A DNA stretch of 64,000 nucleotides from an uncultured delta proteobacterium (GTDB taxonomy: Bacteria > Desulfobacterota > Zymogenia > Zymogenales > Zymogenaceae), in NCBI GenBank assembly GCA_963792965.1, contig CAWBYW010000007.1, forward strand, positions 160,001 through 224,000, in the 5' to 3' direction. The position numbers and the translations under genes were made by a program. Numbering within the stretch: the stretch's first letter is position 1; each line of letters opens with the position of its first letter. Of the stretch, positions 40,676 to 49,938 are shown piece by piece. The notes beneath the pieces were generated by a model. That model saw only the letters and a list, made by a program, of their open reading frames with translations. It was not told the DNA's origin and made no database searches.

Positions 40676-41598
40676 CGGCGTATATTCTTCATGTCCTGAT
40701 TTTCATGGCGATTTACACGATTCTTGTGCTTTCCCTTAATCTTATCATCGGCTTTTCCGGGCAGGTCTCTCTCGGCCACGCGGCGTTTTACGGCATCGGA
40801 GCCTACGTCAGCGCAATAGCGGTGGTCAAGCTCCTCCTTCCGTTCAGCGTCGCGCTTATATCCGCAGGCATCGTCGCCGGTTTTTTCGGGATACTCCTCG
40901 GGCTGCCGACGCTGCGGCTTAAGGATGACTATCTTGCAATCGTGACGCTCGGCTTCGGGATCATCATCGTCATCGTGGCGCTTAACGTCGATTACCTTGG
41001 GGGCACCGACGGCATTATGGGTATACCGTCGCCCACATTGTTCGGCATTAAGTTATCATCGAAAATAGAGTTCCTGGGCCTCTCGACGACCCTGGCGATC
41101 GTTACGGGATTTTTCATGTATCGGATAAAACGATCGAGAATCGGGCGTGCCCTTGCCGCGATCAGAGATGATGACGTCGTGGCCAAGGTCATGGGAATCA
41201 ACACGACGAAATATAAGGTCATGGCCTTCGGACTCGGTTCGGGGTTTGCCGGGATTGCCGGCTCGCTCTACTCCTCGTACGTCCATTTTATTGACCCCAA
41301 CACGTTCGGCCTTTCCACGTCGATCCTGATCCTCTGCATGGTGGTGCTCGGGGGCATCGGCAGCATTCCCGGCTCGATCTTTGGGGCATCGATTCTTACC
41401 GCTCTCCCGGAGTTATTGCGGCTTATCATCAAGGAGATCCCGGGCATTTCCGATAAATACCCCGAATTCCAGACCCTTGCATACGGCCTCCTTCTCGTAT
41501 TTATCATCATCCTGAGGCCACAGGGTATCCTCGGTAAATCGGATACGGGGAGAAAATTTTCACTCCAAAATATTCTGAAGATTAAGAAACGTGCTTAA
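40672..41598 (+). CDS. livM: Liv-type ABC permease (LivM-like)
   Basis: GQVSLGHAAFYGIGAY, LRLKDDYLAIVTLGFG. Confidence 0.92.
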   Translation: MTAYILHVLIFMAIYTILVLSLNLIIGFSGQVSLGHAAFYGIGAYVSAIAVVKLLLPFSVALISAGIVAGFFGILLGLPTLRLKDDYLAIVTLGFGIIIVIVALNVDYLGGTDGIMGIPSPTLFGIKLSSKIEFLGLSTTLAIVTGFFMYRIKRSRIGRALAAIRDDDVVAKVMGINTTKYKVMAFGLGSGFAGIAGSLYSSYVHFIDPNTFGLSTSILILCMVVLGGIGSIPGSIFGASILTALPELLRLIIKEIPGISDKYPEFQTLAYGLLLVFIIILRPQGILGKSDTGRKFSLQNILKIKKRA

Positions 41599-42316
41599 GA
41601 TCCGAAACCTCCACGCTTCATATGGAAACGTACATGTCCTCAAGGGGATATCGCTGCATATCGGCCATGGGGAAATCGTCACCATCATCGGGGCAAACGG
41701 CGCCGGAAAATCGACGCTCCTCAAGACGATCTCGGGTCTTGTCGGGACGGGCAGGGGAGACATCTTCTTCGAGGAGACGTCGATCACCGGGCTTTCCGTG
41801 GATAAGATCGTCAGGCTCGGCATATCGCACGTTCCCGAAGGAAGGAGGATCTTCGCAAAACTCTCAGTAGGGGATAATCTCGCGCTCGGATCCTTTTCCC
41901 GGGACGACCGGGAGATGGTCGGCGAGGATCTCGAAAGGGTATTGTCCCTGTTCCCGGTCCTCGGAAACAAATATCACCAGAAAGGCGAGACACTGTCGGG
42001 CGGCGAGCAGCAGATGCTTGCCATTGCCCGTGCCCTTATGAGCAGGCCGAAGCTAATCATGATGGACGAACCGTCCATGGGTCTTGCGCCCAAGATGGTC
42101 CATCAAGTGTTTCGGATCATCAGGAGCCTCAAGGAAAGCGGGACGACCATTCTCCTCATCGAGCAAAATGCGCGGGCGGCGCTCTCGATCGCCGATCGGG
42201 GCTACGTCATGGAAATGGGGAAATTCATCATCGAGGGTGAGCGCGAGTCGCTCTTCAACAACAATGAGGTGAAGCGAGCTTACCTCGGCAAGGGGTATCG
42301 GGAGATCGCCGAATGA
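41591..42316 (+). CDS. livF: Liv-type ABC ATPase (LivF-like)
   Basis: GANGAGKST, VPEGRRIF, LSGGEQQM. Confidence 0.93.
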   Translation: MLKIRNLHASYGNVHVLKGISLHIGHGEIVTIIGANGAGKSTLLKTISGLVGTGRGDIFFEETSITGLSVDKIVRLGISHVPEGRRIFAKLSVGDNLALGSFSRDDREMVGEDLERVLSLFPVLGNKYHQKGETLSGGEQQMLAIARALMSRPKLIMMDEPSMGLAPKMVHQVFRIIRSLKESGTTILLIEQNARAALSIADRGYVMEMGKFIIEGERESLFNNNEVKRAYLGKGYREIAE

Positions 42317-43092
42317 GCTTCTTCTCGACACAATCGCTCACCAAGAAGTTCGGCGGTGTATCGGCGCTGAGCGACGTCACGCTTTCCGTGCCGGAAGGGG
42401 CCATCATGGGACTTATCGGACCGAATGGCGCGGGCAAGACGACCTTCTTTAACGTCATCAGCGGCGTTTTCCGTCCATCGTCCGGGGACTTCTTCTTCCT
42501 CGAGAAAAGACTAACCGGTAAGCCGCCCTACAAAATCACGGAGATGGGAATCGCGCGCACCTTTCAAAATATCCGTGTTTTTTCGGGGATGACGACCATG
42601 GAAAATGTCCTTGTTGCTCGCCATAGCAGGACTACGGCGGGGCTCTTCGGTGCCCTCGTGGGTGGGCCGAAGGTGCGCCGCGAGGAGAGAGAGTCTTCAG
42701 AGAAAATCGTCGAGATCCTCGGATTCGTGGGGCTCTCCGAACAGAGGGATATACCCGCCGAAAGCCTTCCGTACGGCAAGCAGCGGCACGTCGAGATCGC
42801 GCGCGCTCTGGCAACAGAGCCGAAGCTTCTGCTCCTCGATGAGCCGTCCGCGGGCATGAATACGACGGAAACCGAACAGCTCATGGATTTGATCACCGCC
42901 GTCAGGGGCAGGGGCATAACGGTCCTCTTAATCGAGCATGACATGAACCTCGTGATGGGAATCTGCGACAGGATCGCGGTGCTTGACTACGGGAAAATAA
43001 TAGCCGAAGGGACACCCGTTGAAGTTCGTAACGACAGAGACGTAATTGAGGCCTACCTTGGTCGGGAGGAGGACTATGAAGATCTGGGATAA
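42313..43092 (+). CDS. livG: Liv-type ABC ATPase (LivG-like)
   Basis: GPNGAGKTT, RTFQNIR, LPYG, EHDM. Confidence 0.93.
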   Translation: MSFFSTQSLTKKFGGVSALSDVTLSVPEGAIMGLIGPNGAGKTTFFNVISGVFRPSSGDFFFLEKRLTGKPPYKITEMGIARTFQNIRVFSGMTTMENVLVARHSRTTAGLFGALVGGPKVRREERESSEKIVEILGFVGLSEQRDIPAESLPYGKQRHVEIARALATEPKLLLLDEPSAGMNTTETEQLMDLITAVRGRGITVLLIEHDMNLVMGICDRIAVLDYGKIIAEGTPVEVRNDRDVIEAYLGREEDYEDLG

Positions 43093-44359
43093 CAGATATG
43101 AGACCATGCCGATCGCCGAGCTCGAGCAGCTGCAGCTTGAGCGTCTGCAGGCAACGGCATACCGGATCTTTCGGCATGGGGTTACCTTTTATCGAAAGAG
43201 ATTTGCCGAGCTTGAGTTTGACCCCGAAGATCTCGAATCTCTAAGAGACATAGAAAAGCTTCCCTTTACGACCAAAGAGGACCTGAAGGAGAGTTATCCT
43301 TACGACATGTTTGCGGTCCCGCTCAGGGAGGTGGTCAGAATTCACGAGACCTCGGGCGATATCGGGATCGTCGGCTATACGAAGAACGATCTTGTCAACT
43401 GGTCAAACCTGGTTGCCCGAGCGCTCTGTTCATCGGGCATCGATGAAAATGATACCGTTCTCATTACGCACGCCTACGGGTTGTTTCCCGGCGCACTCGG
43501 CTATCACTATGCCGCCGAGCTGGTGGGTGCGTCTGTCATCCCGTCATCTACCGCTAACACGGATAAACAAATACAGATACTACAGGACTATCGATCGACG
43601 GCGCTCGTTGCCACGCCGTCGTATGCTACCCGCGTCATCGGTGAACTGAATGCCCGCGGAATCGATCCCAAGACACTTTCCCTCAAGTACGCCGTCCTTG
43701 GCTCAGAGCCTTGGAAAGAGGAGACCAGAAAGGAAATCGAAGACGGGCTTTTCGTATCGGCGACGTTCAACTACGGGGTCGCATCCGTTTTCGGTCCAGG
43801 GATAGCCTCCGAATGCCGTGAAAAAGAGGGTCTGCATATATTCATGGACCATTTCATCCCGGAAGTCATCGATCCGCGTACGCTGAAGCCGCTTCCCCCC
43901 GATCATGAGGGTGAGCTGGTGTTGACCACCTTGACCCGTGAAGCGTTTCCAATCCTCCGTTTCCGGACCGGTGATATCACAACACTCTACTATGATAAAG
44001 AGCCGTGCCCCTGCGGCAGAACGCACATCAAGATGAAACCGGTCCAAAAACGCCTTGACGATCTCATCGTTTTCAACGGTATCAACATCTATCCGAAGCA
44101 AATCGAGGATTTCCTCAGGAAGGTGCAAGGACACAAGCCGACCTTCCGCGTCGAATTGATGAGGAAGGAAAATCGGGATTTTATGGATATCGAGCTGGAA
44201 GTATCCGAGGACGTCTTCTTTGATGAGATGAAAGTTCAGAAGCGAATTATCGAAGATATGGAATATCGGTTTAATCGGGAGTTTGAGCTCTCGGCATCGA
44301 TAAAGTTCGTCGAGAGGGGTAGTACTGACAGAAAGAAAAGGGTCCTGGACAAGAGATAG
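43076..44359 (+). CDS. PaaK-like CoA ligase paralog 3 with degenerate ATP-binding motifs
   Basis: PaaK fold throughout, but P-loop HETSGDIGIVGYT and YGVAS in place of YGLSE. Confidence 0.85.
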   Translation: MKIWDNRYETMPIAELEQLQLERLQATAYRIFRHGVTFYRKRFAELEFDPEDLESLRDIEKLPFTTKEDLKESYPYDMFAVPLREVVRIHETSGDIGIVGYTKNDLVNWSNLVARALCSSGIDENDTVLITHAYGLFPGALGYHYAAELVGASVIPSSTANTDKQIQILQDYRSTALVATPSYATRVIGELNARGIDPKTLSLKYAVLGSEPWKEETRKEIEDGLFVSATFNYGVASVFGPGIASECREKEGLHIFMDHFIPEVIDPRTLKPLPPDHEGELVLTTLTREAFPILRFRTGDITTLYYDKEPCPCGRTHIKMKPVQKRLDDLIVFNGINIYPKQIEDFLRKVQGHKPTFRVELMRKENRDFMDIELEVSEDVFFDEMKVQKRIIEDMEYRFNREFELSASIKFVERGSTDRKKRVLDKR

Positions 44360-44450
44360 TAATGTAATGAGGACCAAATCTCGCCGGGAGGTAATGTCTG
44401 ATAAGATATATTATGTAAACTAATAGATAACCGTCTACTTCTTCTCTGTT

Positions 44451-44738
44451 CTAATAGTCCTCCCGTCCCTCATGGCCGTCCTCTTCACCACTCCTCTTGG
44501 AGAAATCGTTGTTCTTAATAAAGCTGACCACCTCCATGAATGCCTCCTGGAAGTTGTCAATATCTTCCGGGAACACCATAATCCGAAATCTGTCCTGCTT
44601 ACCAAAATCGACAGCCTTCGTCTCCGATATGATGAGGTACTTGTCATTATTGACGTTTTCCTTGACGTCAAAATAATATGTCCGCCTCCCTGCCTTTACC
44701 TTCTTGCTGAATAACTCCTCTTTACGCTTTTCTTCCAA
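44451..44738 (-). CDS. PUR-alpha-like (DUF3276) nucleic-acid-binding protein
   Basis: FSKKVKAGRRTYYFDVKE..YLIISE..IMVFPED. Confidence 0.88.
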   Translation of the reverse strand: MEEKRKEELFSKKVKAGRRTYYFDVKENVNNDKYLIISETKAVDFGKQDRFRIMVFPEDIDNFQEAFMEVVSFIKNNDFSKRSGEEDGHEGREDY

Positions 44739-44751
44739 TTTCGATCTCCCC

Positions 44752-45462
44752 TTAATTTTCCCCCAAATAGGCTTTCTTAACGGCCTCGTTCACGAGCAAC
44801 TTGTCGGATTTATCTTCCATTACAATTCTGCCGGTTTCCAGAACATAGCCCCTCTGCGATACCTGGAGCGCCATCTTTGCGTTTTGCTCAACCAAAAGAA
44901 TCGTCGTGCCTTTTGTCCTGTTAATCTCCTTAATTACGTCGAATATATTCTTCACGATCATCGGGGCCAGACCAAGGGACGGCTCATCCAAGAGGAGGAG
45001 CTTTGGATCCGACATGAGTGCTCGTCCGATAGCGAGCATCTGCTGTTCACCACCTGAAAGGGTCCCCCCGAGCTGCTTTTGGCGCTCTAAGAGTATCGGA
45101 AAGAGCTCGAGTACCTTCTTCAAGTCATTCTTCACGGTGGGGTCGCTTGTCCGAGCATAAGCCCCCATTTGGAGGTTTTCCTTGACGGTCAACAGCGGGA
45201 ATATCCTTCTGCCTTCCGGGACCTGCGAGATCCCCATGTTGACGATTCGGTCGACCGATGAGCGTTCGATATTCTTCCCCATAAGGACGATAGTCCCCGT
45301 TCGTGCCGGGGTAACGCCGCAGATCGTCATAAGGGTGGTCGATTTCCCCGCGCCGTTGGCGCCGATGAGCGTGATGATCTCACCCTCATTGACTACCAGG
45401 GATATTCCTTTAAGGGCTTCGATGTTTCCGTAATAGGTATGGATATCGTTCAGTTCAAGCAT
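44752..45462 (-). CDS. livF: Branched-chain amino acid ABC ATPase
   Basis: GANGAGKST, LSGGEQQM, VEQNA. Confidence 0.93.
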   Translation of the reverse strand: MLELNDIHTYYGNIEALKGISLVVNEGEIITLIGANGAGKSTTLMTICGVTPARTGTIVLMGKNIERSSVDRIVNMGISQVPEGRRIFPLLTVKENLQMGAYARTSDPTVKNDLKKVLELFPILLERQKQLGGTLSGGEQQMLAIGRALMSDPKLLLLDEPSLGLAPMIVKNIFDVIKEINRTKGTTILLVEQNAKMALQVSQRGYVLETGRIVMEDKSDKLLVNEAVKKAYLGEN

Positions 45463-45463
45463 A

Positions 45464-46261
45464 CTATTCGGTTCCGAGGTACGCCTCGATTACTTTTGGG
45501 TTTCTCCGGATCTCGGAGGGGGTGCCTTCGGCGATCATCGCCCCGTAATCGAGGACAATAACCCGGTCCGATATCTCCATGACCACCTTCATATCGTGCT
45601 CTATCAGGATAACGGTAATTCCAGTATCCCTGATCTTTCGTATCAGATTCATCAGGTCACCGGTTTCCCGCGGGTTCATTCCCGCCGCCGGCTCATCGAG
45701 CAGCAACAGCTTTGGCTCCGTTGCCAGCGCCCGGGCGATCTCAAGCCTTCGCTGGTCTCCATAGGAGAGATTAGAGGCCATCTCCATGATCATCTGCTCA
45801 AGCCCGACGAAAACGATAAATCTAATCGATTTTCTCAATATATCCTTTTCCTCGGACCTCTGACTGCCGGTTCTTAGCACCGATCCAAAGACATTCTTCT
45901 TCGACCGGCAGTGGCGACCGATCTTAACGTTATTAAGCGCGGTGAGACTGTTGAAGAGTCGGATATTCTGGAACGTTCGCGCGATGCCGAGCTCCGTGAT
46001 CCTATCGGGCTTCAGCATCTTCGTGCCGTTTGCCAACGTGCGAGATTTTCCATCGGCATTGAAGAGTATTTCCCCTTTGTTCGGCTGAGCAAGTCCCGTG
46101 ATGCAGTTGAAGACCGTTGTCTTTCCCGCGCCGTTCGGGCCGATGAGCGATAGCACCTCCCCTTCCCTAATAGAAAAGCTCACATCGTTTACGGCGACAA
46201 CACCGCCATAGAACTTGCTCAACGAATTAAGTGTGAGGATTTCGCCTTCCATAGCCGGCAC
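45464..46261 (-). CDS. livG: Branched-chain amino acid ABC ATPase
   Basis: GPNGAGKTT, LSYGDQRRLEIARAL. Confidence 0.93.
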   Translation of the reverse strand: MPAMEGEILTLNSLSKFYGGVVAVNDVSFSIREGEVLSLIGPNGAGKTTVFNCITGLAQPNKGEILFNADGKSRTLANGTKMLKPDRITELGIARTFQNIRLFNSLTALNNVKIGRHCRSKKNVFGSVLRTGSQRSEEKDILRKSIRFIVFVGLEQMIMEMASNLSYGDQRRLEIARALATEPKLLLLDEPAAGMNPRETGDLMNLIRKIRDTGITVILIEHDMKVVMEISDRVIVLDYGAMIAEGTPSEIRRNPKVIEAYLGTE

Positions 46262-46265
46262 GTTC

Positions 46266-47465
46266 TTATAATTTCTCTTCTTCGTGTGTCACTTTATAAA
46301 GGCTCTCGTTCATCGCCTCTAAGATAGTCTTCTCGTGTGTTCCCATCTCTCGCTTGACTCGTTCGATCGGTATGAGGCCGGCAGGCTTAAAACGCATCAT
46401 GACGATAAGGAGAACACCGAACAGGGCATATCTGGCCTGTACAAGGTCCGGCCACGGCTCAAGCACCTTTCTGAGGATCTCCGACAGGGAGATGAGGAAG
46501 GTGGCCCCAAGGATAACACCGGGAATGCTTCCCATCCCCCCGAGCACAACCATGCAGAGGATGAGTATCGATTCCCAAAACTTAAAGCTGACAGGCGAGA
46601 TAAAGCTGTACCATCGGGCGAAAAAGGACCCTGCCACGGCGCCGAAGGCCGCACTGATAGCAAACGCAGTTACCTTGTACTTTATGATGTTGATGCCGCT
46701 GCATTCAGCCGCGACCTCATCCTCTCTAATGGCAAGCCATGCCCTGCCGACGCGTGAGTCCTCCAGGCGGGTCATGACAAGTATAGTTCCGAGGACCATG
46801 AAGAAGATCAAGTAAAAGAACGCCGTTTCTCCTCTGAAGACATATCGAATGGGTTCCGAGTAGAAGTAATGCGTTAAGGGAAATAGAAATGCAAGGTCAA
46901 GGGACGGCGGAGGTATGCCCGGCAGGCCCATCGGACCCCTGGTGAGCCACATCTCGTTGATGATAATCAAGACAACGAGCTCCGCGAAGCCGAAAGTCAC
47001 GATGGCGAAATAGTCCCCCGTCAGGCGGAGCGTCGGCGCACCAAGGAGGATCCCGGCCAAAGCCCCATTTATCGCGGCAAGAGGAATAATCACCCAATAA
47101 CTGGCAAGGATATCCCAGGGTGCTCCGAGCGCGGCGCACTTGAGCGTTATGAGCCCCGCCGTATAGGCGCCGATGCCGTAGAAGCCGACGTACCCAAGGT
47201 CGAGGAGCCCCGTGAACCCGGGCAGGATATTCAGACCGAGTGCCAGGATAATGTACATCATCACATAGGTGCACAGGTGAATGATATAGTCGGGCAGGAA
47301 GGTTACCGCAAAGAGGTATCCCATGGCGAACTTAAGGAAATAGAGCAAGATCGGTATAAGGAAGACCAGGATAGATAGTGCGGCAAAAAAAACCTTGATA
47401 TTCTTTGAAAAGCCGAGGGAAAGTTTTTCGCGGAAGAGATTATACTGGGGAATCTTCTTGAGCAT
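46266..47465 (-). CDS. livM: Branched-chain amino acid ABC permease
   Basis: GLLDLGYVGFYGIGAY, GRAWLAIREDE. Confidence 0.92.
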   Translation of the reverse strand: MLKKIPQYNLFREKLSLGFSKNIKVFFAALSILVFLIPILLYFLKFAMGYLFAVTFLPDYIIHLCTYVMMYIILALGLNILPGFTGLLDLGYVGFYGIGAYTAGLITLKCAALGAPWDILASYWVIIPLAAINGALAGILLGAPTLRLTGDYFAIVTFGFAELVVLIIINEMWLTRGPMGLPGIPPPSLDLAFLFPLTHYFYSEPIRYVFRGETAFFYLIFFMVLGTILVMTRLEDSRVGRAWLAIREDEVAAECSGINIIKYKVTAFAISAAFGAVAGSFFARWYSFISPVSFKFWESILILCMVVLGGMGSIPGVILGATFLISLSEILRKVLEPWPDLVQARYALFGVLLIVMMRFKPAGLIPIERVKREMGTHEKTILEAMNESLYKVTHEEEKL

Positions 47466-47470
47466 CCTTC

Positions 47471-48379
47471 CTAAACCTTTACGACCTGTTTTCTTCCCAA
47501 CAGTCCTGACGGTCTCAGGATGATAACAAGGATCATGATGGCGTACGAGATGCCGTCACGATATCCGGACGAGATGTATCCCGCGCCTAAAGACTCCGCC
47601 ACGCCGAGGACAAAGCCGCCGAACATCGCCCCCGGAATGTTGCCGATGCCGCCGAGTACGGCCGCGGCGAATGCCTTAACCCCGGCATTATAGCCCATCG
47701 TCGGAAAGATGGCGTTATAATATATCCCGACGATAATACCCGCAACCGCGCCGAGCGCCGAGCCCACGGCAAAGGTAAACGAAATGACCCTGTTTACATT
47801 GATGCCCATCAGAGACGCCGTAACCTTATCCTGCGCACACGCCCTCATGGCCGTCCCGATACGGGTTCGGGTGATCAACAGATGCAGGCCGATCATGAGC
47901 AGGATCGTGACCACGAAGATCGTGAGCTGAAGCCACGAGATCTTGATCTCCTGAAATCGCTGACTGTGCTTAAAGAGGGAAAAGGCGACGTTATCGAAAA
48001 ACGGCGGCAAGGTATCGGCCGGGTATGTTTTCAGACGGCCACCCCAGATGATGAGCGCAACGTTTTGGAGAAAGAGTGATGCCCCGATAGCGGTGATAAG
48101 CGCGGCGAGCCTCGGTGCCTTCCGTAGTGGCCTATAGGCGATGAACTCAAGAATAATGCCGAATAGTGCGCATGAGCCGATGCTGATGAGTATGGCGATG
48201 GGAAATGGTACGTGAAATATAGCGACACTGGTAAAGGCGAGATAGGCGCCGAGCATGTAGATTTCGCCGTGGGCAAAATTGATGAGCTCAATGATGCCGT
48301 ATACCATAGTATACCCGACGGCGATTAGGGCATAGACACCCCCCAAGGTAAGGCCGTTGATAAGCTGTTGAAAAAACAT
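47471..48379 (-). CDS. livH: Branched-chain amino acid ABC permease
   Basis: QQLINGLTLGGVYALIAVGYTMVYGIIELINFAHGE. Confidence 0.93.
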   Translation of the reverse strand: MFFQQLINGLTLGGVYALIAVGYTMVYGIIELINFAHGEIYMLGAYLAFTSVAIFHVPFPIAILISIGSCALFGIILEFIAYRPLRKAPRLAALITAIGASLFLQNVALIIWGGRLKTYPADTLPPFFDNVAFSLFKHSQRFQEIKISWLQLTIFVVTILLMIGLHLLITRTRIGTAMRACAQDKVTASLMGINVNRVISFTFAVGSALGAVAGIIVGIYYNAIFPTMGYNAGVKAFAAAVLGGIGNIPGAMFGGFVLGVAESLGAGYISSGYRDGISYAIMILVIILRPSGLLGRKQVVKV

Positions 48380-48396
48380 CTAATCCCTGCCCGAGC

Positions 48397-48429
48397 AAAA
48401 AATGGGGGAGGGCTTTTCGCCCTCCCCCA
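48397..48429 (-). terminator. Terminator-like hairpin after SBP3
   Basis: TGGGGGAGGGC..GCCCTCCCCCA with a T-tract on the minus strand. Confidence 0.7.
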
Positions 48430-48447
48430 CCGTCTCCTTGGTGAGTA

Positions 48448-49617
48448 TTACTTCATCTGTTTTTCAGCGGCTACAAACACACCATCCTTGACAACCGCTA
48501 CGTAAGCGGGCTTCTGGCAATCACCGTCCTTATCAAAGTAGGTAACGCCCGTCAGCCCTTTATAGCCGGTTTCGGGGGAGTTCATGGCCTGGAGGCCATC
48601 TCTGATCGCTTTCCGGTCGGTTCCCACCTTCGTAATGACATCTGCGAGGATACCCACGCAGTCATAGGCGTTGGCCGCCATCCAGTCCGGGGTGGTCTTG
48701 TACTTGGTTTCGAAGTCCTTCTTGAACGTCAGGGCCTCTCCTCCGGCCGCTTCATACACAAAAGGAGAGCTGGCGACAAAGCCTTCGGCCGCATCCTTGG
48801 CAATGTTAATAAGCTCGGGATTGTTCAGGCCGTCAGCACCCATGAACTGGGCCTTAAGACCAAGTTTCTTGGCCTGGGAAAGAATCAAGCCGCCCTGCTG
48901 ATAATATCCGGCGATAAAGACGCCGTCGGGGGCAAGACCCTTAAACTTGGTGAGCTGAGGGGTGAAGTCCACGGCGTCGGAGTTATAGGCCTCGGAACCG
49001 ACAACCTCAAGCCCGCTTTCCTTTGCTGCCTTCTCGAAGGCATCCTTCAGGCCTATAGCGTAGTCGTTGTTCTCGTAGAAGATCGCAACCTTCTTAAGGC
49101 CGAGATATTCCTTCGCATACTTCGCCATGAAGCTGCCCTGGAAATCATCACGATACACGTCCCTGAATGTCCATCGGTTCTTACTGGCTGTCCCTATGTT
49201 GACATTCGTGGCGGTTGGCGAAATGATCGCGGGGCCGGCAACATCGTAGATCGGAATCGCCGCAAGCATCGCGGAGCTACAAACATGACCGACGATGGCC
49301 ACGATTTCCGGATTACTCACGAAATTCTGAGCGACTGCCGCAGCTTCCTTCGGGTCACATCGTTCGTCACCTATGACGAGCTCCAGCTTCTTGCCGTTGA
49401 TACCGCCGGCCGCGTTGATCTCATCGATCTTCATCATCGCGCCGTCTTTGATAATTTCCCCGTATGCGGCGGCGTCACCGGACATCGGTGCCGCCAGTCC
49501 AATCTTGATGGTTGCACCGGTTTCGGTGGACTTCTTGCAGCCGGCCACGAAGAACGTGAGTGCCAAGGCAAGAGCCGAAAGAACGATTAGAACCTTAAGG
49601 CTCCTCAAGTTTCCCAT
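48448..49617 (-). CDS. Branched-chain amino acid ABC substrate-binding lipoprotein (LivJ/LivK-like)
   Basis: Lipobox VAGC; DERCDPKEA, VGHVCSS, ISPTATN. Confidence 0.92.
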   Translation of the reverse strand: MGNLRSLKVLIVLSALALALTFFVAGCKKSTETGATIKIGLAAPMSGDAAAYGEIIKDGAMMKIDEINAAGGINGKKLELVIGDERCDPKEAAAVAQNFVSNPEIVAIVGHVCSSAMLAAIPIYDVAGPAIISPTATNVNIGTASKNRWTFRDVYRDDFQGSFMAKYAKEYLGLKKVAIFYENNDYAIGLKDAFEKAAKESGLEVVGSEAYNSDAVDFTPQLTKFKGLAPDGVFIAGYYQQGGLILSQAKKLGLKAQFMGADGLNNPELINIAKDAAEGFVASSPFVYEAAGGEALTFKKDFETKYKTTPDWMAANAYDCVGILADVITKVGTDRKAIRDGLQAMNSPETGYKGLTGVTYFDKDGDCQKPAYVAVVKDGVFVAAEKQMK

Positions 49618-49660
49618 GTTCGTGTTACCTCCTTCTTAGAAATAGGACCGTGCTATTTGC

Positions 49661-49825
49661 CTACTTGGCAGAAGGCGTGGGAGCGGGAACTTCCGTCGCC
49701 GGGGTCATGGGCGCAACGGGGGTCGGGGTGACCTCTTTCTTCTTGCACGCCACGGCGAAGAATGCCAGCGAGAGCGCCAGCGCAGCGATGATCATGATCG
49801 TTTTGAAGTTCTTGATCGTTTCCAT
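49661..49825 (-). CDS. Mini lipoprotein, 54 aa, Pro/Thr/Ala-rich tail
   Basis: METIKNFKTIMIIAALALSLAFFAVACKKKEVTPTPVAPMTPATEVPAPTPSAK; RBS GAGGAGG; first ORF after the promoter. Confidence 0.8.
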   Translation of the reverse strand: METIKNFKTIMIIAALALSLAFFAVACKKKEVTPTPVAPMTPATEVPAPTPSAK

Positions 49826-49884
49826 TTGGTTACTACCTCCTCAAGTGATTAAAATTTGCTAAAGAGAACCAATTTTAAATAGAT

Positions 49885-49913
49885 AATCTAAAACTTATTA
49901 TACCTTTTGTCAA
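49885..49913 (-). promoter_or_regulatory. Sigma70-type promoter of the mini-lipoprotein/liv operon
   Basis: TTGACA-N17-TAGATT with upstream A-tracts. Confidence 0.7.
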
Positions 49914-49938
49914 GACATTTTTACATTTTTTATTTAAC

